From Candidatus Heimdallarchaeota archaeon (GTDB lineage Archaea > Asgardarchaeota > Heimdallarchaeia > Heimdallarchaeales > Heimdallarchaeaceae): a DNA stretch of 64,000 bases. The position numbers and the translations under genes were made by a program. Positions 27,606 through 36,627 of the stretch are shown one piece after another. The stretch lies in assembly GCA_016840095.1 (NCBI GenBank), contig JAEOSZ010000040.1, positions 32,001-96,000 of the forward strand, in the 5' to 3' direction. The notes under the pieces were generated by a model. The model had not been told where the DNA came from and did not search any database. It was given only the letters and a program-made list of their open reading frames with translations. Positions within the stretch are counted from its first letter, which is position 1. Every line of letters begins with the position of its first letter.

Positions 27606-28121
27606 ATGCGTTTTTTCATTATTACAGGTAGAAGACATATAGGAAAAACAACTTTTGTCAAACAATTAATAGAAGAACTCAAGGAATTTTACACTATTGG
27701 AGGATTGCTTACAGTAGGTGTGAAAGAAAAAATGTTTTTGAACCTGAAGAATGACAAAAGTTTCCCTTATTACCAATCAAATGAGATAATTAAAGATCAG
27801 ATTGGAGATTATAAAATATCTGAAAAAGCAATTATGTTTGCAGAAGAAGCATTAAAGAAAGCTTCAGATGTAAAACTAGCAATCATAGATGAATTTGGAA
27901 GACTAGAGAGAGAGAAAAGAGGGCTGTATGAGGGTGTAAAAAAACTAGTAGAACTTATTCGAGACAAGCAAGAGACAGTACTGTTAATGATAGTCCAAAT
28001 TGATGTAATAGAAGATGCGAAAGTTTTACTTGAGTTAGAACCTGAAAAGATTTGGGAACTAAAAAAAGATTCCAGTAATGAGAAAGTAAAATTTGAGATT
28101 AAAAAAATGATAGAAAATTAA
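27606..28121 (+). CDS. Nucleoside-triphosphatase (THEP1/NTPase_1-like P-loop)
   Basis: ITGRRHIGKTT Walker A; IIDEFGRLE Walker B. Confidence 0.8.
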   Translation: MRFFIITGRRHIGKTTFVKQLIEELKEFYTIGGLLTVGVKEKMFLNLKNDKSFPYYQSNEIIKDQIGDYKISEKAIMFAEEALKKASDVKLAIIDEFGRLEREKRGLYEGVKKLVELIRDKQETVLLMIVQIDVIEDAKVLLELEPEKIWELKKDSSNEKVKFEIKKMIEN

Positions 28122-28122
28122 G

Positions 28123-28181
28123 CTAATGAGGGAGGGAGGGTTGTGAGAAATAAAACAAATTACTCACAACCAATCCATTAG
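28123..28181. other. Imperfect stem-loop in intergenic DNA
   Basis: ggttgtgag (28139-28147) pairs with ctcacaacc (28163-28171); ctaatg (28123-28128) pairs with cattag (28176-28181). Confidence 0.5.
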
Positions 28182-28308
28182 TATCTTGGACTTATATAAA
28201 TTGATTCATTCTTATTATTTTCTAATAATAAATCTCACTCGTCTTTGTGATATTGTAGTTTTATTAAAAGGAGAAATATTTATTAGATATTGATTCTTCC
28301 AATGGAAT

Positions 28309-29607
28309 ATGAAGAGAGCAAAAACATATTTTATTATACTAATTATAGTCTTTCCACTGATTCTTAGCAAAATCAGTATAAATATAGGAACAGCAATATC
28401 TGTTGACAATCCAAATAATTCTCAAGAACTTGATTATATTCCTGTAGGAACACCAGCTCCTGATTTCAATATCACTGATGTTACCACTCATGTTTCATAT
28501 AATTTATCAGATTTTGTTGGCAAAATTGTAGTTGTATTCTTCTTTACAACTTGGTGTCCATACTGTAAATATGAGTACCCATATCTTCAAGAGTTATATA
28601 AAATGTACACACCAGATTTGATGGAAATTATTTTTGTTGATCCCGATGAAAGCGAAACCCAAAGTCAGGTTTCAAGTTTCAGAAACAATTGGGATATGGA
28701 TTGGATAGTTGGTTTAGATGATAACGACACAATTGCTAATGCATATGATGTTGGGGGATATCCTACAATGTTTATCTTGGATCAAACTCAAGAAGTTGTT
28801 CATGTTGAATATGGATGGGGTGAAGACAATTGGCCAGGACTTGTTTATTCAGTTTTTGCTTCACTAATGCCTGATGACGTTACTACACCATCTTTCAATT
28901 CAGTAACAATTTACAACGAAACTGAATTATCAATTTTCAATCCAACAATACGAGTTATTGCTAACATATCTGAAGACAGAACATTAGATTATGCTACATT
29001 ACGAGTTGATACTACTGAAGGATTAGATGAATTTTCTCTATATTTCACTAAAGAAGAAGGTTACTATTTAGTAAACCGAATCATAGAATTTGAACCTGAA
29101 TTTATCTATCTCATAGATGAAATGACGGTATCAATCAAAGTTGGAGATTTTTGGTCACATACTAATACTTCAGTAACCTCGTTACTCCCTATAACACAAT
29201 ATGTAGATGCTGCGGTACCAACATATTCAGATGTTTCAGTAGGTTATGTGCAAACTAGTTCAACTATATACAATGTAACAGTTTATGCAAGAATAGAAGA
29301 TGACTTAATGCTAACAAGAGCTGATTTACAATTGAAGAAAGGAACATCAACAGTAAGAGCAGTCTCTTTCGAGGATTATAATGGGACACATATGGTTGCA
29401 TCAGGAACTTTAATGAATAGTCTTGCAGAACCTTATGAATTAGTAGCTAGACTTGTACTTGAAGATGTTGCAGGAAATGAAGTGATTGGTGAATTTACGG
29501 TAGCTGATGCTCCTGAAACAGAAGAATCTAGTATGGAGCTTGCTCTAGTCTTTATAGGATTCATTTTCTCAGTTGTGGTGTTGAGAGAATTTAGAAAAAG
29601 AAAGTAA
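28309..29607 (+). CDS. Secreted TlpA/ResA-like thioredoxin with Ig-like extension and C-terminal anchor
   Basis: Signal peptide, GTPAPDF, FFTTWCPYC, GYPTMFILD, C-terminal TM + FRKRK. Confidence 0.85.
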   Translation: MKRAKTYFIILIIVFPLILSKISINIGTAISVDNPNNSQELDYIPVGTPAPDFNITDVTTHVSYNLSDFVGKIVVVFFFTTWCPYCKYEYPYLQELYKMYTPDLMEIIFVDPDESETQSQVSSFRNNWDMDWIVGLDDNDTIANAYDVGGYPTMFILDQTQEVVHVEYGWGEDNWPGLVYSVFASLMPDDVTTPSFNSVTIYNETELSIFNPTIRVIANISEDRTLDYATLRVDTTEGLDEFSLYFTKEEGYYLVNRIIEFEPEFIYLIDEMTVSIKVGDFWSHTNTSVTSLLPITQYVDAAVPTYSDVSVGYVQTSSTIYNVTVYARIEDDLMLTRADLQLKKGTSTVRAVSFEDYNGTHMVASGTLMNSLAEPYELVARLVLEDVAGNEVIGEFTVADAPETEESSMELALVFIGFIFSVVVLREFRKRK

Positions 29608-29677
29608 CACATTACTTTTCTTCTTTATTTTTTAGTAAACCAGATATTTTTTAAATGACCTTACTTCTTCCTTTTTC

Positions 29678-31132
29678 GTGAAGAGAGGACAAATAGCTTT
29701 AATCATAACTTTTGTAGTTATTATTGGTGGAGGTGTAGGAGTATATTTTCTCATTGAGTCCTTAGGGACCAAGACAACGATTGCACCAGATTATCAGCTT
29801 CAGAGTCTTAATGGTACAGATTTTACTATCTCTTCTCTCCAACCAAAAACAATTTTGTTGGATTTCATGAGCATTCCTTGCATTCCTTGCAAGGAGATGA
29901 ATCAGAGAATGATTGATTTACAAGCTGACACTGATCTTCAAGGAAAATTCACTGTTATTTCAATTGAAACATATACAAATACCTCTCTTATTGACCTTCA
30001 AAATCATGCAACTACTGAAAACATGACTTGGGCAGTTGCTATTGCTCCTGAAGGTATGCAAGCTGAGTACGGTGTTACTTTAATCCCAACTTTTGTAATA
30101 ATTAATGATGAAGGAAAAATAACCTATTTTCAAGAAGGATTAATAGCTTATGATACTCTTAAACAAGAACTACTGGATACTATTGAAGGTAGAAGTCAAG
30201 GTATAGAAATAACAAGCTATCAAGGCTTCATCATAGGTTTTGCAATTATAACAGCTTTTTCATCCTTTTTCTCTCCATGTTCTTTTCCATTGCTTCCAGG
30301 ATATGTAGCACATATCATGGGTATGGATATTAAGAAGAAAAAAGAAACAGAAGAAGAAATTGAGAAAAAACGTAATAAAGGTCGTATATTGGTCTATCCT
30401 CTGTTGGGTTTAAGCAGTGGAATAGGTATTCTTGTTAGTTATCTAATTCTTGGAGTGGTTGTCAGCTCAGTTGGAAATACAGTTCTTCCTTATGTTACAT
30501 ATTTTATGCCAATAATCGGTGGAATTTTTATAGTTCTAGGAATTCTGATGTTTACTCCATTGCAGTTTTCATTTTCTAGATTATTAGGATGGATTAGAAA
30601 AAGACAAATTTCTGCTGAAGACAAAAAAGAAGGTTCAAACTTCACAAACTTCTCAAGTACTTTTCTTTATGGACTAGGGTATGGAATTGCTTCCTTAGGT
30701 TGTAATGCTCCAATTTTTCTAGCTTTCAGTTTACAAGTTTCTTCCCAAGAGAAAGCAATTCAAATGGTATTTGCTTATGTAGCTTTTTCAGTAACAATCA
30801 TAGCTTTAATGGTAGGAGCTACAATCCTTATTAGCACCTCTAAAGATGCTTTTCTCCAAAAACTCAAAGCAAGCACAGAAACAATAAAGAAAATAAGTGG
30901 AGTGGTAATCGTAGCTGTTGGTATTTACCTCATCTTAGAATTCACTGTAGGGTCTTTATTTGGTATCGGAGTAGCATTAATGTTTGTAGGTTTAGCAGCA
31001 TTTACAGATCTCATATTCAGAGTGATTAAAAGAAAGTTTGAGCTATATTTAGGATTAGTAGAATTCATTTTAGGAGGGACTCTATTAGGGTTAGGAATAA
31101 CCTTATTATTAAGACATATACTAGGTGGATAG
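29678..31132 (+). CDS. TlpA-like thioredoxin fused to CcdA/DsbD transmembrane domain
   Basis: APDYQL, DFMSIPCIPC, IPTFVIIN; then SFFSPCSFPLLPGYV and ASLGCNAPIF in a multi-TM region. Confidence 0.85.
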   Translation: MKRGQIALIITFVVIIGGGVGVYFLIESLGTKTTIAPDYQLQSLNGTDFTISSLQPKTILLDFMSIPCIPCKEMNQRMIDLQADTDLQGKFTVISIETYTNTSLIDLQNHATTENMTWAVAIAPEGMQAEYGVTLIPTFVIINDEGKITYFQEGLIAYDTLKQELLDTIEGRSQGIEITSYQGFIIGFAIITAFSSFFSPCSFPLLPGYVAHIMGMDIKKKKETEEEIEKKRNKGRILVYPLLGLSSGIGILVSYLILGVVVSSVGNTVLPYVTYFMPIIGGIFIVLGILMFTPLQFSFSRLLGWIRKRQISAEDKKEGSNFTNFSSTFLYGLGYGIASLGCNAPIFLAFSLQVSSQEKAIQMVFAYVAFSVTIIALMVGATILISTSKDAFLQKLKASTETIKKISGVVIVAVGIYLILEFTVGSLFGIGVALMFVGLAAFTDLIFRVIKRKFELYLGLVEFILGGTLLGLGITLLLRHILGG

Positions 31133-31682
31133 AATAATGAAAATTAAGTATAAATCTTTGGTATTATTGGTTATTGGCTTACTAGCTTTAGCAACTATTA
31201 CTAATGTAGAAGTAAGTGCATCAATTGATTACGGAATTAGTGAAATCACACATTCTCCTGAAACTTTGCAGAAAGGTCAAAACATGACTGTTGAAGTAAT
31301 TTTTGACAATACTACAGATGTAGATATTGTAAGACTTTTGATTTGTACTCTTAGTCCTAGTTTTGTTTGTGAACCTCAACCAATAGTCATGGATAATATT
31401 TCTGCTATAACCTATTCTGCTGATTTTCTTATTGAATATGATGAAGGCACTGAAGTGGGATACCATATCCAAATAATCTATCTAAATGCTACATCAATAT
31501 TGATCCCAGATACATCAGATTTCCTTGGTAAGGAGATAGTTGAACCAATAACAGATGAATTCTTTTTTAGTGCTGGAGTAGTTGGTGGAATAAATAAAAC
31601 TGGTTGTTGTGGAATATTTAGTACTGTTCTAGCAGTAGTAGCTTCAACAATTATACTCAAAAAGAAAAAGAAACACAACTAG
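31125..31682 (+). CDS. Secreted/anchored Ig-like hypothetical protein
   Basis: Signal peptide, one Cys pair (ICTLSPSFVC), C-terminal GCCG + TM + KKKKK. Overlaps the upstream gene. Confidence 0.7.
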   Translation: MDRIMKIKYKSLVLLVIGLLALATITNVEVSASIDYGISEITHSPETLQKGQNMTVEVIFDNTTDVDIVRLLICTLSPSFVCEPQPIVMDNISAITYSADFLIEYDEGTEVGYHIQIIYLNATSILIPDTSDFLGKEIVEPITDEFFFSAGVVGGINKTGCCGIFSTVLAVVASTIILKKKKKHN

Positions 31683-31714
31683 ATATTTAATGATCATTTG
31701 AGAATTGATGATAT

Positions 31715-32674
31715 ATGAGCAATCCTGAAGAAATTTTTTCTCACACCTCTGAACAAAAGGAAATTATTCAGAATTTCTTGAAACAAGGTAGAAGAGATGT
31801 TCCAACATATTTAGAAGGAGGAGCTGAAGCTAAATATGTGGAAATTGATGATGGAGAACTAAGATATTTCCATCATAAACCTGATAACATTCAAACAAAA
31901 AGACCTGTTGTTTTCATTCCTGGTTATGTGGCTGCACCAATTAGTTGGGTAGACTTTTCACTTCCACTACATGGTATTGGAGAATACTACTATCTGGAAA
32001 CAAGAGAAAAGAAGTCAAGTAAAATTCAAAACAAACGAAAAGCTTCTATGACTGTTGATCAAACTGCAAAGGATATTGGAGTTGCACTTGAAAATTTGGG
32101 AATGAAAAACAAGGATTTTGTATTGTTGGGATCAAGCTATGGATCAACAAATATCTTAGCAGGATTGAGTAAGAAGTATTTTACAGCGCCAACTATTGTG
32201 GTTCATGATCCAATGGTTACATGGGTCAATAAAAATAGAGCTATGGAAATCTTAATGCAAGTTGTACCTAAATTCATTCTAGTTCCAATTAAAATGCCAT
32301 TAGCATATATTGCAACAATGGGGATGGAAAACAAAGCCAATAGGAAAAGGATGCTGGACTTCATGAGAGGTGTAGAACCATGGAAGTTCAAAAGATGTAC
32401 TCTTCAGAACAATAAACTAGATATGTTTAATGATCTCAAAGAAATAGAGGAAGAAGTGTTTTTCTCAACAGGTCCCTTGGATAGATATCATTTTCGATCA
32501 GAATTTTATGGATATGCTAAAGAAATAGCTAAGGGAAGATTCATTTTCATGAATACACCAGACGAAGATAGACAATTGATTACAGGTATAATAGGCAGAG
32601 AATTCATGAAAGTCACCCAAAATGAAGGTATTCCTGAATCACTAAAGCAATTTGAAATAAGGATTGATAGGTAG
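31715..32674 (+). CDS. Alpha/beta-hydrolase fold protein
   Basis: PVVFIPGY, LLGSSYGS nucleophile elbow, GPLDRYH. Confidence 0.75.
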   Translation: MSNPEEIFSHTSEQKEIIQNFLKQGRRDVPTYLEGGAEAKYVEIDDGELRYFHHKPDNIQTKRPVVFIPGYVAAPISWVDFSLPLHGIGEYYYLETREKKSSKIQNKRKASMTVDQTAKDIGVALENLGMKNKDFVLLGSSYGSTNILAGLSKKYFTAPTIVVHDPMVTWVNKNRAMEILMQVVPKFILVPIKMPLAYIATMGMENKANRKRMLDFMRGVEPWKFKRCTLQNNKLDMFNDLKEIEEEVFFSTGPLDRYHFRSEFYGYAKEIAKGRFIFMNTPDEDRQLITGIIGREFMKVTQNEGIPESLKQFEIRIDR

Positions 32675-32723
32675 TATTAAGTTTCGAAAAGCACATAAAT
32701 AAAGAGTTTCGAGGCAAAGTAGT

Positions 32724-33689
32724 ATGAATAATAAACAGTCCTTATTTCAGCATACTAAAGAAGAAAAATCAATAATTGCTAAATTTCTGAAAGAAGGAAG
32801 AAGAGCTGTACCAACTTTTCTAGATGAAGGTGCTGCTGAGATCAAATACGTCCCAATTGATGAAGGAGAACTCAGAGTTTTTCACCACAAACCAAAAAAA
32901 AGTGAAACTAAAAGACCTGTAATTTTCGTTCCAGGCTATGTTGCAGCTCCAATTACATGGGTGGATTTTCATATACCTCATCAAGGTTTTGGGGAATACT
33001 ATTATCTAGAGACTAGAGAAAAAAGATCAAGCAAAATTAAAAAAACTAAAAGAACATCCATGTCTGCAAACCAAACAGCTAAGGACTTAGGTCAGGTTAT
33101 TGAAAACTTAGGATTAAACGAAAAGGATTTTGTTTTGTATGCTTCTAGTTATGGAGCAACTGTTGTTCTAGAAGGTTTAATTCAAGGTTATTTTACAGCA
33201 CCTACAATTATAGTACATGATCCAGTAATAAAGTGGGTGTGGGGGGAAAGATCGCTAAATAATTTTGCACTTAAATTTGTTCCTAAGTTTATCCTTTCTG
33301 CATTAAGAATGCCTCTTGCATATATTTTCACATGGGGTATGAAAAACAAAACAAACAAAGAAAGAATGCTTGAGTTTGCTAGGGGAATAGTACCTTGGAA
33401 ATTCAAAAGAGTCACATTAGAAAATAACAAACTGAACATGTTTAATGATCTAAAGAAGATAAAAGAGGAAGTCTTTATCACAACTGGTCCTTTAGATAGA
33501 TATCACCCTAGAATTGCTTACTACAATTATGCTAAGGAAATACCTAGAGGAAGGTTGATTTTCATGAATACTCCTGATTCTGAACGACAATTAATTGCAG
33601 GTATAATTGGTACTGAATTTGTAAAGGTTTCAAGTGAAGAAGGTATTCCAAAGACAATTGAACAGTTTGAAATTGATTTAGAAAGATAA
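32724..33689 (+). CDS. Alpha/beta-hydrolase fold protein, tandem paralogue
   Basis: PVIFVPGY, LYASSYGA, GPLDRYH. Colinear with the previous gene. Confidence 0.75.
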   Translation: MNNKQSLFQHTKEEKSIIAKFLKEGRRAVPTFLDEGAAEIKYVPIDEGELRVFHHKPKKSETKRPVIFVPGYVAAPITWVDFHIPHQGFGEYYYLETREKRSSKIKKTKRTSMSANQTAKDLGQVIENLGLNEKDFVLYASSYGATVVLEGLIQGYFTAPTIIVHDPVIKWVWGERSLNNFALKFVPKFILSALRMPLAYIFTWGMKNKTNKERMLEFARGIVPWKFKRVTLENNKLNMFNDLKKIKEEVFITTGPLDRYHPRIAYYNYAKEIPRGRLIFMNTPDSERQLIAGIIGTEFVKVSSEEGIPKTIEQFEIDLER

Positions 33690-33776
33690 TTTGATATTCT
33701 ATATATACTGTATAAGCAAATGATTATAAGTGTGGTTTTTTTCAAGAGGATAAGAGAACATATTAGAGGTAATTAA

Positions 33777-34139
33777 TTGACTACTACAGAAACTAAGTCT
33801 TTTCCTTTTAAGAAAGTTTTACCAATATTAGGCTTTTTTCTAGGCCCTATTTTGATTTCCATTGGAATATTCATTCAAGGAACTCTATGGAAAGTATTGT
33901 TAATTGTACTTGGGTCAATCTTGCTTCTAAGTCTGTATTTTCTAAGAAAACCTATTTCTAAAACTTCCCAAAAAACATGTTCTGTTTGTAGTGGGTCAGG
34001 ATCCATAAAACAAACAGCTTTTCCAAATCATTCTGTAAATAATTGTCAAAGCTACAAAACAATAACAAAAACCTGTGGAATGTGCAATGGAACAGGTGTA
34101 GAACCACTTGAAGAATTGGAAGAAGTAGAAGGTAAGTAA
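33777..34139 (+). CDS. Two-TM protein with DnaJ-type zinc finger (no J domain)
   Basis: Two TM helices, then CSVCSGSG and CGMCNGTG (CxxCxGxG x2). Confidence 0.75.
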   Translation: MTTTETKSFPFKKVLPILGFFLGPILISIGIFIQGTLWKVLLIVLGSILLLSLYFLRKPISKTSQKTCSVCSGSGSIKQTAFPNHSVNNCQSYKTITKTCGMCNGTGVEPLEELEEVEGK

Positions 34140-34216
34140 ATTTGATTAGTTTTTAATCTTATTTTCAATATATTTATCAGTTGCAATCTGTATATATTGA
34201 ATAAGGCAGTGAAATC

Positions 34217-34525
34217 TTGAAAACTAAAGATAAGAAGAAAATTGAAGGTGATTGCTATTTTTGTAAACAAGAGCTTAAGACTGTTGATAAAACTGAGAAG
34301 ATTCGTTTAGGTTGTTGTGATGTTGTTTCACATAAGAAAGAATTATACCAATGGTTCCTGAAAAATCAACACTGTCCAAATTGTCTAAGTGTGCACAAAC
34401 AACTAAGAACTAAATTGCTAAACTGGGGAATGAATTTAGAAAGTCCCCAAAGAAAGCATCAGAAAACTAGCACATTTGAAAAAAAAAGAAAACCAATTAG
34501 GTATGAAAAGAAATTGAGGAAGTAA
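34217..34525 (+). CDS. Small soluble RING-like protein
   Basis: CYFC..GCC-x4-HKKE-x3-W-x6-CPNC, with a basic C-terminal tail. Confidence 0.7.
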   Translation: MKTKDKKKIEGDCYFCKQELKTVDKTEKIRLGCCDVVSHKKELYQWFLKNQHCPNCLSVHKQLRTKLLNWGMNLESPQRKHQKTSTFEKKRKPIRYEKKLRK

Positions 34526-34578
34526 AATATTTTTGTAATTCACAAAAATTGAAAAGGGTTTGTCCAGTTTTCTGATAT

Positions 34579-35391
34579 ATGCTTCATCGAAGAGTCTTGC
34601 TACTAATGATTGTGCTAATCATACCTCTATCTGTGATGCCATTAACTGGAATTTCATCAGAAGCAAATACAAGTCCAGAGATTATTACAGAAACAACTTT
34701 TGTACAACAAGCACCAGAAATTTCTGTACAAGATGTAGATTCAGGCTTAATTTACTCTCTTAGTGATTTCCTAGGAAAAATAGTTATTCTAGATCTCTTC
34801 GCAACTTGGTGTCCGCCTTGTCAGTTATCTCTTCCTTACCTAAGAGAAGTATATTCATCTTATTCTCTTAGTGATTTACAAATTATATCAGTTGATATAG
34901 ATACAGCTGAATCACAAGCTGTTGTATCTCAATTCAGACAAGATGAAGGGATGAGCTGGATTGTCAGTTTAGATCCTGGTAATACCATTCTTGGAATCTA
35001 TGGAACTGGTTCAATTCCTACATTTTACATAATAGATCAGGAAGGAACAGTTCAATGGAGTGATACAGGATTTACCAATGAAATAACCAAACCAGCAATG
35101 GAAGATACAATAAAAGGGCTACTAGAAGAAAATCCAACTAATGGAAATCCTGGTCCATCTCCAACATCTAAAGTGTTTTTTATTATTTTAGAGATTGTAG
35201 CTGGTTTAGCAGTTGCAATTGCAGCTGTGTTTGGAGTGTACAAACTTCGACAACGAGTTGGAATTAAAAATTGCCCAACTTGTGGTAGTTTAGCCAGCTC
35301 TAAATGTGCAAAATGTGGAATTCTTACCTGTGCTAATTGTTCTGGAAGAGGATGTAAAAATTGTGGTAGTAGACAATTCATAAGGTTGTAA
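34579..35391 (+). CDS. TlpA-like thioredoxin - TM - cytoplasmic 8-Cys zinc finger fusion
   Basis: Signal peptide, FATWCPPC, IPTFYIID, TM helix, then CPTC-x7-CAKC-x4-CANC-x4-CKNC. Confidence 0.85.
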   Translation: MLHRRVLLLMIVLIIPLSVMPLTGISSEANTSPEIITETTFVQQAPEISVQDVDSGLIYSLSDFLGKIVILDLFATWCPPCQLSLPYLREVYSSYSLSDLQIISVDIDTAESQAVVSQFRQDEGMSWIVSLDPGNTILGIYGTGSIPTFYIIDQEGTVQWSDTGFTNEITKPAMEDTIKGLLEENPTNGNPGPSPTSKVFFIILEIVAGLAVAIAAVFGVYKLRQRVGIKNCPTCGSLASSKCAKCGILTCANCSGRGCKNCGSRQFIRL

Positions 35392-35423
35392 TCTTCAAAA
35401 AATAAAAAAAGAATTAAAGGAAG

Positions 35424-36533
35424 TTAAGGAATTAACCATTTTCCTGCTTTGTATATCTCTTTTCCATCTAGATAAATAATTGAATCATCGCTCTTCATGT
35501 CTTTGAGAATATCCCAATGAACATTAGCAACATTCTTGGATCCAATTTCAGCAAAACCTGCACCTAAAGCAAGGTGTACTGTTCCACCCATCTTTTCATC
35601 AAAGAGCATGTTTTTAGTAAATTTTTGAATCCCATAATTGGTTCCAATTGCAACTTCCCCTAATATGTCAGCATTTTCAATTTCGAGTACTTTTTCAAGA
35701 ATTTCTTGTCCTTTCTCAGCGGTGTACTCTGCAACCTTTCCGTCCTTGAATTTGAGCCAGATGTTTTCAACTTCCTTACCCATAAAGATTCCAGGATAAG
35801 TGAAACGAATAGTTCCATTAACAGAATCTTCAACGGGAGAAGTGAATACTTCACCATCAGGAAGATTCTTATCTCCACAAGCATTAATCCATCCTCTACC
35901 TTCAATACTCATAACAAGATCAGTATCTTCTCCAACTATTCTAAGTTCTTTTCCAGTTCTAAGAATCTCGACTATTGCTTCTTGTTCTTCTTTTACAGAT
36001 TGCCAATAAGCAACTGGATCATCTGTATCTAGAGCTAAAGCTTTGTAAACAAATTCTTTGTATTCCATAGTTCCCATATTACCTTCTTGTGCAAATGCAG
36101 GAGAAGGATAAGGACAGATGGTCCACACAAGATCTCCAGAACCAGATCTTTCGAAGTAAATCTTTCTTAATTCTTTGTTAGCTTCATTTACTTGCATTTG
36201 CTTTGCTGGATCAACATTAACAAGAGCTTTTCTATTAGTGGAGCTAAATACATTGACCATTTTATCGACTTTCTTTATCATCTCCAAGGAGAAAGGATTG
36301 ACATAATTTAATTGATGTTCTTGAGCATGTTTGAAGTACAGTTCAGCTGTTCCAGGAATACCTAGTCTGACATGAACTACATGTCCACCAGCTTTGATAG
36401 TTTCAATATGTATCTCTCTTACCAGATCTGCGGAGTCTATCCCTCCATCAATTGTAACTGTGTCGCCTTTCTGAACATTAATTGAATAGTTCACAACAAG
36501 TTTAGCTAATTTTTCATTATAATCATCTAACAT
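35424..36533 (-). CDS. Aminopeptidase, M29 (AmpS/AmpT) family
   Basis: NLPDGEVFTSP, LGEVAIG, LFDEKMGGTVHLALG, VHWDIL. Confidence 0.92.
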   Translation of the reverse strand: MLDDYNEKLAKLVVNYSINVQKGDTVTIDGGIDSADLVREIHIETIKAGGHVVHVRLGIPGTAELYFKHAQEHQLNYVNPFSLEMIKKVDKMVNVFSSTNRKALVNVDPAKQMQVNEANKELRKIYFERSGSGDLVWTICPYPSPAFAQEGNMGTMEYKEFVYKALALDTDDPVAYWQSVKEEQEAIVEILRTGKELRIVGEDTDLVMSIEGRGWINACGDKNLPDGEVFTSPVEDSVNGTIRFTYPGIFMGKEVENIWLKFKDGKVAEYTAEKGQEILEKVLEIENADILGEVAIGTNYGIQKFTKNMLFDEKMGGTVHLALGAGFAEIGSKNVANVHWDILKDMKSDDSIIYLDGKEIYKAGKWLIP

Positions 36534-36627
36534 TCTAAAATCACTACCAAAATCTTCCTTTCAGATAATTATAAGTTTTACACTGTTTAGATGAGTCGAT
36601 AAGTTATCAAAAGTAGAATTTGAGTGG

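Noticed and set aside
28123-28181. Possible SECIS element (ATGA...AAA hairpin), considered because a Se-dependent XDH-like gene is in the window
   Set aside because: There is no 3' GA to complete the kink-turn quartet and the spacing is wrong. I saw no in-frame TGA selenoprotein candidate nearby; all thioredoxin/VKOR motifs use Cys codons.
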